The position numbers and the translations under genes were made by a program. A stretch of 64,000 nucleotides of DNA. Origin: Bugula neritina. Taxonomy: Eukaryota > Animalia > Bryozoa. Below the pieces are notes generated by a model. That model was not told where the DNA came from. It worked only from the letters and a program-made list of their open reading frames with translations, and ran no database searches. Of the stretch, positions 1-13,764 are shown one piece after another (position 1 is the first letter of the stretch; each line of letters starts with the position of its first letter). The stretch spans positions 13,692,722 to 13,756,721 of the forward strand of contig OZ037766.1 of NCBI GenBank assembly GCA_964035545.1. Direction: 5' to 3'.

Positions 1-724
1 TTTACAAGTCGTAGTATTGCTCGCGGCATGATCCAGCGTGAACTTTAACCCTTTAGGTTGATTACAAAGTATGCGTTGACTCGCTACTAGTAGTTAACTC
101 TAATTGAAGAGTTATCTCATCTTGCAATAATGGGGGCCGTTGATAGCCACATTGTACACATTATGAATATTATGTTATCAATAAAAAATATACATAATTA
201 CATTATTCTAATGTATTCATGTATAGTTTTTATGAATTGAGAATATGCCTTGATCAATTTTTTGATTTTCATTTGTATGCCAATATTCCTCACTCACAAT
301 TAACAAATCCAGTAGTTTTTGCAATACCTGTTGACAAATATTTTTGCGGATCAGATCATAATACCTATATTATGGTAATACTGCTTCCATCCCCTTCTCT
401 CTCAGAATATTAACGCTATTGTCCTTATAAAAGTTACAGTCAAAGGGTTAAAGGTTATATATCACCCCATTGTAACCTTATTATAATGGCTCAAAATTCC
501 AATCATGGCAGGTTCCTGTTCCTGTTTTATAAATCTCGGAAAGTTCACAGATTTTGTTTTGAACTACTCTGTCTATACCCTCTAGCTAATACTAAAATAG
601 GTCCCAGTGGTGTTATGATTACGGAAAAAGTTTTACCTTCAAGTTATATGACCCTTAATCTTGACCAGTAGCACACAAGACGGTAAATATAATATTAACA
701 AATTTTTACAAAATACCAAATATA

Positions 725-2049
725 GGGGTAACGGGGGCACAACGGGCCGATTTTTGCATTTGTTGCTCTCATTCGTCTTTTTTTCAAGTTACTAGTTCAA
801 TAATCTCTAGTCCTAATGCTGCATCTGTTGTCTATTACAGGTACCAGTTTGTTGTTTCTATCTTTCTTACAACTTTCAGAATAATGAAATTTTCATGACA
901 AAAAAATTGGCCCATTGTGCCCCGGTACCGGGGTACAATGGGCCACTGGGTGGGACACAACATATATAATAAATTTTGCGTATTTTGCTACATTTGATCT
1001 TTATTTATTTAATATTACAAATAAATAAAGATACTCTTTCAGATCTACAGCAAAATTCATGTTTTAGCTATACAGTTTGTGCCACTATGGATAGCAGAGG
1101 AATGCAAAATCAAACGCACGTCACTTGGTTCTGCAGTGCCATTATCATTACTGTTTAGAACTAAAAATGTTCTGTTATTTTCACCCCAGAGGAACGTTTA
1201 TCAAAAAAAGACTTTAGTAACATGTACTACAAAAATTCCAAGTGGACTTTTTTCTATGAACTGTAGCTAAAGTGCATGGCTGAGGTTTGTGACTGGAGTA
1301 CGAAAAAGAGAGGGGGGGGGGGAGCAAATGAGCAAATCACAATTTATTTTAGTCAAATACATGTATATTTCCTCAATGGTGTAATATATAATAAATATCA
1401 TGACTATCTACTAGTAGCAAGTAGCAACAGCAGAGTATTTTGTATTATGTATAAAGTGGCAAAACTTTAACCTCACCAGATGTATATATTAGGGAAGCTT
1501 CAACTTGTAGTTTGGTAGTCTTGCCATGATGTCTTTGATATTTTACAAAAGGTCAGAAATGGCTATATCTATACATTTTAGTAACATTTCAACTAATTTT
1601 TTGGGCAAACAAACTAATAACAGTGTTCAGGGTGCAATAATCAGGTGGCCCATTGTGCCCCGGTCAGCAAGGCCCATTGTGCCCCGTGTGGCCAAATTGA
1701 AAATAAATGTGGCCCAAGGAAAATTTATTTCAGATTTTGCTGTTATACTAGTTAAGCAATGTAGAGACATGCAATGGCAACAATATTAGTAAAATATAGG
1801 CTTCTTACCTTTGAGTGTAAAAAGTTATAAAGCTTTAACGACATCCTAAAATATTTACAAAAAGTAGGTAAAAACAGTTTTTGACTCGCCTCTTCAACAC
1901 GTATGCTCCGCAAGTGTTGAAACTACAAAGGCTGAATAATTATGTCAATTTCTTTTTATGAAAACAAAATCACAACTTTAGGTCAATAAGTTCTCTCACA
2001 ATTTGGCCGGCTTTTTGTACCCCTATGACCGTTGTGCCCCCGTTACCCC
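725..2049 (+). mobile_element. Non-autonomous DNA transposon (MITE-like, Tc1/mariner-superfamily type), copy 1, intact
   Basis: Perfect 21-bp TIRs GGGGTAACGGGGGCACAACGG (725-745) and CCGTTGTGCCCCCGTTACCCC (2029-2049). TA on both flanks (723-724, 2050-2051). No transposase ORF. Similar copies at 6952-8246 and 18061-19408. Confidence 0.92.
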
Positions 2050-3561
2050 TATAATATTTCTTATAATATGAAATTCATTCAGAGCAATAAAACTGACAAT
2101 TTGTTTTGATTTCCAATTGCCACTGTTGATTATTAATTGAATATGAATATAAATAAACAATGTTACCGACTGCATTAATCCTTATTCTATCACATGCAGA
2201 CACAATAGACCATATTATTATATATTCAAAAAATAAGGCTATGTTCTAGCCAAAGAATTATATATAGTTCAGGCTATAGCTGTAGTGAAATTCACTAATT
2301 AAATGCTCTATAAATTATTAGCATCCCGAATGCAAATAGTGAAAAATTAATTGCCATAATTCTATCTTAAACGTTGCTTTGGTATATAAGCAGCAGCTTC
2401 AACAAGAATTCATGAAACAGTTGTTAGCACAAACATAAAGGTTGTCTTTCTACGCTGCCATTATTGAACATTGCTGACAGATTTTCTGTATGCAATGAGG
2501 GTCATACAACTACTCCTTGGTTGCAGCTGGCTAAGAAGATAAACTCTTTGTGTCACAACTTAATCTGCATTCTTTTTCATTATTCTTGTAAAGACAGTTC
2601 AGCTAAAATAGAAAAATAGTATGGCATTCAACGGACTGCAATCTTGATGTAACATGTGCCATTATGTAAAATCAAAATTTACAATAATGCAGTAAAAGGG
2701 TCTTTACTTGGAAACTGCAACTGATGTTGAAATCTGTATTATATTAGCTCAAGAGTAAAAAGCTTGTTAAGTTATTCTATTGGAAGAGCCTTTGTGAATA
2801 CTATGAGTTTAACACAACAACATGGTCTGATGACAAAACAAAATGTGCTTGTATGTTCAGCTGAATTGACCATAGCTCAAGCGCTTTGTTGGGAAGGTTT
2901 TTATTTTGAATTTTTTTTTATGATTCATGAGTTTTAGTGTATTATTATAGTATAAATGAAGTCCACCGAGGTAGTTTCAAAACTTACTAACAATAACTGA
3001 TAGTGCAACTTAATTTGACTCATATGATAGAGCAGCTCTAAGAGCTATAGCGCCATAGTCAATTCATAATTTAGGAACAGTTAAAATACCTACCGTCAGA
3101 GAATTCTATCTTCTTTGATGCATGTGGGTTTTTATTTATTTATTTTTTTTGTGGCTGTTTTCTATAACCTCTTGAATTTGCCGCTCTTCTTTCTGAAAGT
3201 GTCAAAAAGTCTATGAAATGGCAACTGAAAGTTGAAATGTTTTTAGATATATTCAAATATAATTTGTGGAGCAAAATTTTGGTATAACTATGTCTTTATA
3301 CACTGCTAATTTTAGCTACAGTTAAAAAGTATAAAGAATAAAGCTGCATGACTTATTATTGTTAAACTTATAGAATGATAATTGTAAACAAAGGGTGATG
3401 TCCCTCCATTTTTCACGATGAGAATTTCTAGTTATTTATGTTATGTACTTCTTGTTATCCTTAACACAAAAGTATGCACTGCTTCACCTACAGTAGAATG
3501 AATGTCTAAGTTACAACATGGTGGTAACCAGCTAGGAAGTAGTTTGACAGCTGGAGTTGAT

Positions 3562-6500
3562 CTAATAATAAACCTGAATAGAAAACAGGAGTATACGAGA
3601 TGAAAAATTACTGCATCACTGCACCCAGCATCTGAAGAAATATAAATATGTAGCTTCTGTTAGTTACTTTAGTATAGAAAAGTCTTGATAGTTCGTCTGT
3701 TGAGCTTTTGCCAAAGTCTGGCCCAGACTTTTTCTTGGCTCCTTCAGACTTGCTAGTGAAGAGGCTGACTTCAGAATGATTGCCGGCAGCTTGCATAGAC
3801 CTGATGTTTGAGTCTCGCATATACACTACAATTTCAATTATAAACAAATACAAAAACAACTGCAGCAGATTAATCTATAATTTTGAATTCTAAATATTAT
3901 ATGACAATTTCAATTTTGTTAAAGATTGTTGAATTATGAGAATTCCTTTTTCAATTTATTTTAGAGATGAAAGGACCAAATTCTTCTATACTTTTATTAA
4001 CATGGAAATTCTAGCTGGTAGTTTGAGCATCTCATTTTTCACAACATCAGGTTTAGCAAGTTTGATGTAGCATATGTTATATTGACATGCAGTTTTGCTC
4101 AAGACATTGATCAATCTGGAGTTTGGAGCTGGAAGGGTTTGGGGCTTGTGTGTGCTGCATGTGTGTATACAAACACTGCACTCAATGACCCACACTTTAT
4201 GATGCATCTAGCTTACACCAACTGCATTAATATGCTTAAACTTAGACTAGTTAGATTGGTAGGCTACAGGGTACTATAAAACTTTTTAATTTATTTTAAA
4301 GTCGCATTAAGATTTATACAAATTTTGGCATAATAGTTGCACTCTAGAGCCAGTGTGACAATTAAAATCTTCAACAAAGCTTTGCTTTATTTATCACTTA
4401 GTTCCTAATTTTGGCTGAGGTGTATTTCATAAGAGAATCAAAGTATGATATTTATATAATATGTTTATATAATACTTATATAATGCAGTAATATATAAAT
4501 GTTATATTAAGCTGCAAAGTAACAGACCTTCATTAATTTCTGTACTGGTAGTTTAATTTAAATTTAATGATGAAGTTGAAACTCTAGAATACTATTGACA
4601 GTGAAACATATAAATTACACATTCATGTTGTAAAATATACAGAGATTTTTAACCCGACAATTGTTGAAGAACCACTATAACGTTTTGCGCAGAGTCTATA
4701 TTATATAGTAACATCTTTTATGAAAACAATATAAATATTAATTACCTTGTGATTCTGCAATACTCATTCCATCTAAACGGCAATTATCCTCCAACGAACC
4801 TGACAAAAAATTTTAAATAAAATTTGGAGTATTTCAGTAACAAATTCGCTAACTACGTAATGATGACATACTGTGTTGCATGATAGAAATATATTAAAAT
4901 AATATATAATTGTTGTATACACACCTGGTGGCGATTTCTTGATTCTTTTTTGCTTTTTCTTATATTTTCTTAAAGCATTTTCTCTTTTATAGAATTTTAA
5001 AAACAAAGCAAAACCTGTAAAAATTATATGCTATATTTGTATAAACTCCAGATTCTTATAAATAAAAAGAGATAATGTATAGCCGTGTTAGTTCACATGC
5101 ACAAAATAGGACAATACCTACATAGTAGATCAGAAATTTTCAGTGTTTGGCAGTATATTATTCAAAAACTAAATAATAGAACATATTACGCAATAAGAAT
5201 TGCTTTATTCAGACTGAATTAGTTTCACAGTAACTTCACATAACTAGGTTATGAAGACTTGGCAGCTACAGTATGTTACACTATCAGCTGACTACTTATT
5301 ATACTTGCTGCCTGCATTGAAATTTCAGCAACAATTGAAGTCTTCACAAAATATTTGCAAAGGGAGCCCACCAACAAAATAAATGGCAATATGTTGTTTA
5401 ATTGGCCTTTTTGCAACCAAATATGCATTGTTTGAATGTCATTTTATAGGCTCACCCGATGGCATTGCAACTAATAGTAACATGTTAATATTTCTATTCA
5501 ATTGTAAAAAAGGCTAAGATATGAAAGCACACTATGCTTATTACACATATATAATGAGAAATGGATATAGCCTTAGAAATCTCTTACTCCATGCCTTAAA
5601 GTCTAAATAGCAAAACTTACAATTAAAAAGCATAAAATATTAATGTGATGCATTTAAGACAAGATAGGCCTACTTTCTATTAATGGCTTTGCTGAGAGCA
5701 CTTTACCAGTCTAAAATGACCCACGTACAAACAGTGACAGCACAGTGGTGGGACATCATAGAAAGTTATTCTACCACATTCTGTTTTTTCTAAATGATGT
5801 GGATAGGATGAGGTATAGGCCCTCCTTCCCCATCCAGCTATCTTACCACATATACCCCTTCATTTTTGCCACTATGTACAAAGCATGTTTATAAACTGCT
5901 GGATCTATTTCACCATACTAAACCAGCTATTTTACCACTAAACTAAGGGCTAAATTCTACAGTTAACTTATCGACAGAATAACTGCTATAAAAGTTGAAA
6001 CAATTTAAAGACATGTCCTAAATTATCTAGGGGGATAAGGACAAAATATTATTAGTAACGATATAATACTTCTTTATAAGCTTTTTCTTATGGCATGTAA
6101 GTAAAATACATTTTGGTTGGCCATTTTCATGTTATAAACGCCAACACAGTATTTTCTGAAACTGCCAACACTGCTCATAACTTTAGCAAAAGCTACAACC
6201 AACATTTCAATGAACTTCAAATAAACATAACTTTGTTGTAAGCTATAAGTTATATACCAAATAAGCATGGTATGAAGCCACCCTTAGTATTTACATGTAT
6301 GATTATAAAAATAGTCTGTGGAAACTGTTGAAATGTAACAATTCTTACCTAAAATTAATACAAACGAGATTACGAAAGATATGGCTCCTGCTTTCCTTGA
6401 ACCAGTATTGTTTTTCTTCTGTATTTGAACTGATTTTTCAGCAACTGGCTCTACAACTGAAAATTGTTTCTAAACTTAAAAATCTTATGTTATATATCAA

Positions 6501-9500
6501 TGTATCACATCAGCTTACTTCACAGCAGTATATATACTATGTGGTGTACAATTTTGTATAATTTTTCTATGTCATAATATTAAAATACGATTGGGAATAG
6601 CAAGCTAACCAAGTCTGCAGGTTGGTTCGCTGCCTCTGCTTTCTGAGCAATAGCACTTAGATTTTTTACCACAGTAATTCAGATGTACAGGAGTGTTGCT
6701 GCTATTTAACATCTTTATACAATCTCTATCGTGATCACAATACTTGCTGAAAGAGAAAAGAACCTGCAATGTACTCCACTGCAGCCAAACTATGCTATAG
6801 TACAATGTGGTAGGTATATTTCAAGACAGATTTCCTCATGTTCATATTTGAAAATATCTGGATAGCCATGCAGTGCATTGAACTTCTGTTGGTTGCAGTG
6901 ATTAGTATCTTGTTATCCGTGCACCTGTACCATTACATTTCTTACATTATAGGGGTAACGAGAGGGGAGGGGACACAACGGTCATAGGGGTTGTGAGTTG
7001 TGATTTTTCTCATAAAAAAATATTGACATAATTTTTCAGCCATTGTGGTTTCAACACTTGCGGAACATACATGTTGAAAAAGCAAGTAAAAAACTGTTTT
7101 TACCTACTTTTTGTAAATTTTTTAAGATGTCGTTAAAGCTTTAAAATTTTTTACACTCAAAGGCAACAAGCCTAGATTTTACTGATATTGTTGCCATTGC
7201 TTGTCTCTACATTCCTTAACTATTATAACAGCAAACTCTAAAATAAATTTTCCTTGAAGCACATTTATTTTCAATTTGGCTACCCGGGGCACAATTGACC
7301 ACGCTGACCGGGGCACAATGGGCCACCTGATTATTGCACCCTGATCACTGTTATTAGTTTGTTTGCCCAAAAAGTTGGTTGAAAGAATACTAAAATCTAT
7401 AGATATAGCCATTTCTGACCTTTTTGTAAAATACCAAAAACATCATGGTAAGACTAAAAAACTACAAGGTGAAGCTCCCCTAATATATACATCTGGTGAG
7501 GTTAAAGCTTTGCCATTTTATACATAATATAAAACACTCTGCTGTTGCTACTAGTAGATAGTCATGATATTCATTATACATTATATCATTGAGGAAATAT
7601 ACATGTATTGGACTAAAATAAATTGTGATTTGCACATTTGCTCACCCTCTCCCTTTCATACTCTAGCCACAAACCGAAGCCATACACCTTAGCTACAGTT
7701 CTTAGAAAAAAAGTCCACTTGTAATTTTGTAGTAAATGTTACTAAAGTTTTTTTCTGATGAAAGTTTCTCTGAAGTAAAAATAAAAAAAAAATTTTTAGT
7801 TATAAACGGTAATGATGATGGCACCATAGAACCGAGTGACGTGCGTTTGATTTTGCCTTCCTCTGCCATCCGTGGTGGCACAAACTGTACAGCTAAAACA
7901 TGAATTTTGCTGTAGATCTGAAAAAATATTTTTATTTATTTGTAATAATAAATAAATAAAGATCAGATGCAACAAATTCTGCAAAGTTTCAATATATTTG
8001 TTGTGTCCTACCCAGTGGCCCATTGTACCCCAGTACCGGGGCACAATGGGCCAATTTTTCCGTCATGAAAATTTTATTATTCTGAAAGTTATGAGAGAGA
8101 TAGAAACAACAAACTGATACCTGTAATAGACAACAGATGCAGCATTAAGACTAAAGATTATCAAACTAGTAACTTGAAAAATAGATGAATGAGAGCAACA
8201 AATACAAATTCGACCCATTGCCCACCCCCCCCCCCCCCCTTATCCCTATTTATAACATTTGGTTTAGAGTGTGGGGTTTGTTATATGTTGGGTACTTTCT
8301 AATTTTTTAAAAGTCAGCTAAACCAGCACATACTGTGTTTAGGGAAGCGTAGAGGAGTCAAGTTATACATTCTCATAAACATATTGTAATAGTGTCAAAA
8401 ACAACTAAAAAGTACTATTTTGTATTTATGGCAATATTTATGATCTATTGTAAAAGTATAAAGGAATACATACCTGTCTTACCTTTTGTCCAATGAGTTT
8501 ATGCAAGTTGTATAATTACTTCCTCTTACATTTACAATACTCAGTTCCATATCTGCAGCGTTGCAGCTGCATTTATTACGATGACAGCCTGTTGACAAAA
8601 TAAAATAATCTGAAGCGAATAAAAAAACACCTGACAAACTCCTTTTATCAAATTTTAGCAAGAATCTTAGATAAGGCGTTGTTTACTGAGCCCTAAAACT
8701 CACTTATTTTGAATGAGCCACATCCTTCAAAGCAAGGTTTGCCTAGCTTCAGCTCACAGAAGGGCTTCGTTCGTATAAATTGGAAGATTTTTGGATTACA
8801 TCGACAATTTCCTTAAAAAGAAAGCTGAATGAGTCTTTCATAATTTCGTCTTTGATTTGAAATCATGGATTACAATATTTTATGACAACACCTAATTTAT
8901 CTTAGTAAATTTTTAAATATAATGTAGCTTTTTAAATCTACAGAAGTCAGATTACAAAAACATAAAAAGTTATTTGTCAGCAAATTTATTACTTAGTTTT
9001 TGAACTCAAAATAAACTATATGTGATCAATCATATACCAACCATTAATACATTGAAGTCTCGATTCACTCGTGTGACCACAGTCATCATCTTGTGCACAT
9101 AACTTGAGGTAGAGAGTATCACAGGCACCATTAACACAACCAAATCCTTTTTTATGCCCATTTTCACATTGAGACCGACTGTTTGGTGGAAAAAGACATT
9201 TCTCTCCTTTTTTAGGTGTGTAAATTTCTACAAACATAGAAAGAAAATATTTAGTGGTTTGTAAGCCATGCAAGTCATTGCAAAAAAAATTATAGGTTAT
9301 TTTTATTGGGTTTGATCTGTAGTGTTAAGATAAATCAAAATTCAGATAAATATTTTACCAAAATGCAAATTAAAAATACTATGCTTAGAAAGAAATAAAT
9401 TTGTGTAAGTTTTTGTTACATATAATTATCGTTTCCATTAGGACATCTTGCAATGTTAAATAAAAGCTTGTTTTTAGATGTGGAGTTTAGAAGTTCAGTT

Positions 9501-12500
9501 CAGAAGCACTTAACTCAGCTATATTAATCATTAATTATATTGTTTCACTTTTAAAAGAAATTAACAAAAATACCGAGTTTGTAGTTTATTTTCACAGCGT
9601 ATTAGTGGATGTAATGCATAAGATTTGACCTTTCAACTACGAATTGAATGAACCAATATATCTTAATATTTTTAAGTTTGTTTCATGTTCTTTTTATGAA
9701 TTATATAATATTTGACTCAAAATTTTGAATGTATGTTCTGCTTTACAACAAATAATGTGCAGTATCGAATAATTGGTAATAATATTATATATATGATTTG
9801 GATCTTTTAAGTCTATCACTCACGAGTTTCTGTAAACACCTGTGTTATTGTTACAGGGTTGTTTGGGTCAGTAACAGAGCTGCTAGCTGAGCATGAAAAT
9901 GTAGCTCCTCTGTCTTTATTTTGAATCTGAATTAAAAATAGCATTGGTACAATTAAAACTAACACACACAGTGCTTATTTCATTAAAGTTTTATCACAGG
10001 TTTTTGAAAGCTTTAAATAATTTGTTAATTGAAATACTTTATTAGTTTGAAACTACTTTAGAAAACCTTGTTTATATTTTCTTTACCTTATAACTCTACT
10101 AAAAGTATAACACCACATTTTTGCCAGAATTTCTCAAGCTGACAGTAATAAGCCATTAATTAAAATAATTAGAAACTGAAGAGTTTAATAAAATAATTAT
10201 TTACATTATTTTATAAACAGTAAGGTATTGTCTTAGTGTACTTTTATTTTTTATTCACACAATAAAATTTTTACTCACAGTAAAAGAGTGCTTAGCTACT
10301 GTGGCCAGGATACCATCTATTTTAGTTTGAATCGTCTCCATAGCAAATCTTTCCCCATTGGTACCATCATACCAATCACCATACTTAATCAGCTCTATGG
10401 TCTGAGCAGGAGGTTTCCATCCTCTCGCTATGCATGTGACTGTAGAATTGTATCCCACTATCCGTATTGGATTTAGTTTCATGCTAAGGTCTTTAGTCAC
10501 TACATATAATACATGTACAAAACAAATTTATACTTTGTGTAATATATAGTTATATATGTATATGTATGCAAACAACACGGCACATGTTTTCTCTGTGGCA
10601 GCCATTGCTATTTCTACCACAACCACCTCAACCTACCGATGATTGACCATGACTTTTTTATAGTTACTCCAACTATCACAATATATCAACTCAACCATCA
10701 TAATTACTCTAAATATGACCAGTTTACTTATGCTACCACCACCACCACTATACCACCGCTACAACTACCACTTATACCACTACCACTACCACACTACCAC
10801 TACACCACTACCACTACTACCACTACCACTACTACCACTACCACTACCACTACCACTACCACTACCACCACCACCATCACTATACTATCACCACCACCGC
10901 TACAACTACCACTACCACCACCACCACTATACCACCGCTACAACTATCACTTATACCACTACCACTACCACACTACCACTACTACTACCACACCACTACT
11001 GCTACCACTACCACCACCACTACCACTACCACACCACTACCACTACCACTACTACTGCTAATATTAACATATCACTATCATAAATATTAATTTTTCACCA
11101 TGAAGTGTTGTGTTGACATGGTATGTGATATTAGAGGATACATCAAACTCGTATGTGTGTAGAACAAGTGAGTAGATCCCTTCGTCTCCATCAGCTGCAT
11201 CTCTAATAGTGAGGCTTACAGTTGTAGTGTTTAAATCTTCACTGTTTATATGGCTCTCATACTGCAAAAGTAGGCAGTTCTTATTAGATGTGCTATACAA
11301 TAATATTATATAGAAGTTGTCGGCTCTTTTCAGAGTTGCAACAAATTAGTTCAAATTTTACTGGAACATAATATTATTCATAAAAAATGGAATTATGGCA
11401 ATAGAGGGATATTAATATCATTGAGTATTCATTTTGTTGATGTTAGCAACAAATTTGATACTCAAAAGAAACAGAGAAATTGGTTTATAGCAGCGACTCA
11501 TAATCTTACTGTTTATTATAAAAAATTCTTTCTATGATATGTTTAATATATTATTATTTATTTTATATGTAGATTCTGAACTACTCAACCAATAAGACTA
11601 TAAGAAAATGTCTGTTTAGTCAGATTTTGCTGAAGATGCATGGAATATGTTGTTTGTTTAATACATTAGCAGTTTACTAAAGCCGTACTACAAAATCATT
11701 ACAGTTTATGAACAGGATTTAGCTATAATTCATAATAGTATAATATACCTTTTCATGCCTAAAATGACTGTTTGGAGCATCATTTATGTTGTGTTTAACT
11801 AATTGTTTCATGCTTTTTTCTCCTTTGTACCTGCATAAAGATATACATAATATAATTAACTTGATGGGGAAAAATTTCTACTGTCTTAAAGAACCACGAG
11901 ATTTCCTTGCTGCAAGTAAAAGAGAATGTGCTTTCAACTAAAAAGTACTACTGTAACCAATAGTTTATAGTCTCAAAGTTCTATATATAATTAGGCATCT
12001 TCTATCTGAACTTACTTTTGTAACAATTATTGCTTCACCAATCAATTTAACTATGCAAGGCTTACAATATAAATCTCGTGTTATTTCAAAACAGATAACC
12101 TATGGCCACTCTTTATTTGCACACTATTAAGGAAGATGATTATTGATTATTTTCAACTTCAAATAATATTTGGCTATTTTTAGACCAAGTTGATATTGAC
12201 TATAGTTAAATATTTGCTTACAGGGAGATTTTAATTTATGATACATGCTTTAATTATGGGTACACATTTAGCAACGTTCCTTATTCCAATATTATTATAT
12301 GTGATTATAATTTACAGCAAAGTATAATATTAAGTGAAGCTGAATATTATTGATTATCATTAAACAGGAGGGTGTATCTGCTTACCAAATAATTGAGTCA
12401 GCAGAGCTTATAACTCTCAGGTCAACATGCACTTCAATGTTGATATCTGTTTGTGTTGGAGTTACCAACAATGTCTGCTGTGATGAATATTCTTTACTTT

Positions 12501-13764
12501 GGCTCATTTTTGCTAAAAATTCAAACATGATACCTACTACTAAATACTCTTTTCAGAATGCAATGAAATAGATCAGGAGAGAATACAGTTTCATAGTAGT
12601 GCTACTTTAACACCATCATAATTATGTAATGACAATGTAATGTGTTTACTGACTGACATAAGCTAGTAATATGTGCAATGTTTACAATAATATATCAAAT
12701 TTATAAAGTGCGGTTATACCCCTTCGTAACTGTACCTTTGCCTTACTAAAGCTAGTTGCATATAGACTTGATACAACCATAGCATACATGCATTTTAAGT
12801 TATATTTTGCATAGTCAAAGCATTATAATAACTGACTTTCTTCAATATCAACCGTTGTTTTTCACAAAAACTATATCATTCAATTTTTTTAAAAAACTTT
12901 TCAAGTTTTGAAAAATTCTAATGTAAAGTTCCAAGTTCCAACTACCAAGTTGTTGCATAAGTAGAAGATTTTAGCAAAGCTTAAGGGAAATTTCAATAAT
13001 ATTGATCGATTTACGGATGCTGCAACCCTAGGGCTAAATATTTAAGCGGTGTCATATAATATAGGCACTTTCTAAATTATATCCGTTACTAAACTCATCA
13101 GAGGCAAACAACTTGTAAACTGAAAATAAAATTGTTTCCATTTTCAATATAATTTGTAATTATTATAACTCATCGATTTAAAGTCCACTTAGTTTGATCT
13201 TCCTTAAGTTACATGAGCTAGTTATGCTATTAAATATTAATGCAAAACGTAATTCAGTACGAGTGAAGAAGTTTTGTTAGAAGTTTGTCTTTTTAGTTAT
13301 CATCTAACAATAACATTTATGCTCTTTTGGCTGTAAAGGATCCTGTTTAAAGGCTCAAATTTGGCATTTCATAAAGATCATTGAAACAACAAATGGTCAT
13401 TAGCACAATTTCAGAAATTGTTTACTTTACTTTGACTTAATACTTGTAAAGCAGCTATGATTGAAATTTTATATCTTTAGACTTTCTGACTATTAGTAAA
13501 GAATATTTAAAATGTGTTTGCCAAACACCTTACTTGAGACTAAAACAGTATCCAGTGAAATGTATGCTAGTTGGTTAATACTGCTTACAAAAATAAACAT
13601 ATTAATTATGTTATAAGAGTTATCGGACTTTGCTGGTACTCAGAAGCAAATGTGTAGTTGATAGCAGCCGTTTTTGAAATACATAAAGTAAAGTGCTGGC
13701 ACTTACCCAAAAAATTGTAGAAGAGTAAGAAACTAGCATATCTAAAAGTTGGCAGCAGTAACAT
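3562..13764 (-). CDS. Gene A: type-I transmembrane Ig-superfamily receptor (SP, Cys-less Ig, Ig, Cys-rich EB-like modules, TM, cytoplasmic tail), ~534-545 aa
   Basis: Phase-consistent GT-AG exons on the minus strand: 13764-13707 (ACCACCATG, MLLLPTFRYASFLLFYNFL signal peptide), optional 13566-13534, 12512-12386, 11830-11749, 11261-11099 (SLTIRDAADGDEGIYSL), 10499-10279 (TVTCIARGWKPP), 9926-9824 (DRGATFSCSA), 9227-9042, 8588-8483, 6746-6610 (CxxDxDC modules), 6456-6349 and 5014-4925 (TM AGAISFVISFVLILGFALFL then KFYKR), 4799-4746, then less certain 3825-3668 and 3573-3562 (stop). The 3' end is tentative. Confidence 0.8.
6952..8246 (-). mobile_element. Same MITE family, copy 2 (more degenerate), in an intron of gene A
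   Basis: Reverse complement of 725-2049 along its length. TA flanks at 6950-6951 and 8247-8248. TIRs are disrupted by expanded G/C runs. Confidence 0.9.
10733..11060. repeat. (ACC/ACT)n compound trinucleotide microsatellite in a gene A intron
   Basis: Visible accaccact/actaccact arrays with a duplicated higher-order block. Explains the poly-T/poly-P/HY ORFs. Confidence 0.9.

Noticed and set aside
49-447. TTAA-CCCTTT...AAAGGG-TTAA piggyBac-like ends
   Set aside because: Only 6 bp of terminal complementarity and no second copy in the window. It could be chance in AT-rich DNA.
976-1789. ORFs inside the MITE, repeated at 7179-8044 and 18320-19242 (WPIVPR repeats)
   Set aside because: They are short, have no DDE or HTH motifs, and their recurrence only reflects element copies and internal DNA repeats.
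3986-4279. Overlapping ORFs as extra gene A exons
   Set aside because: The obvious phase-1 acceptor gives an immediate stop (DAS*), and there is no recognisable motif. It cannot be excluded as a short alternative end.
10639-11083. Mucin-, proline- or histidine-rich ORFs
   Set aside because: They come from a trinucleotide microsatellite in a gene A intron on the opposite strand.
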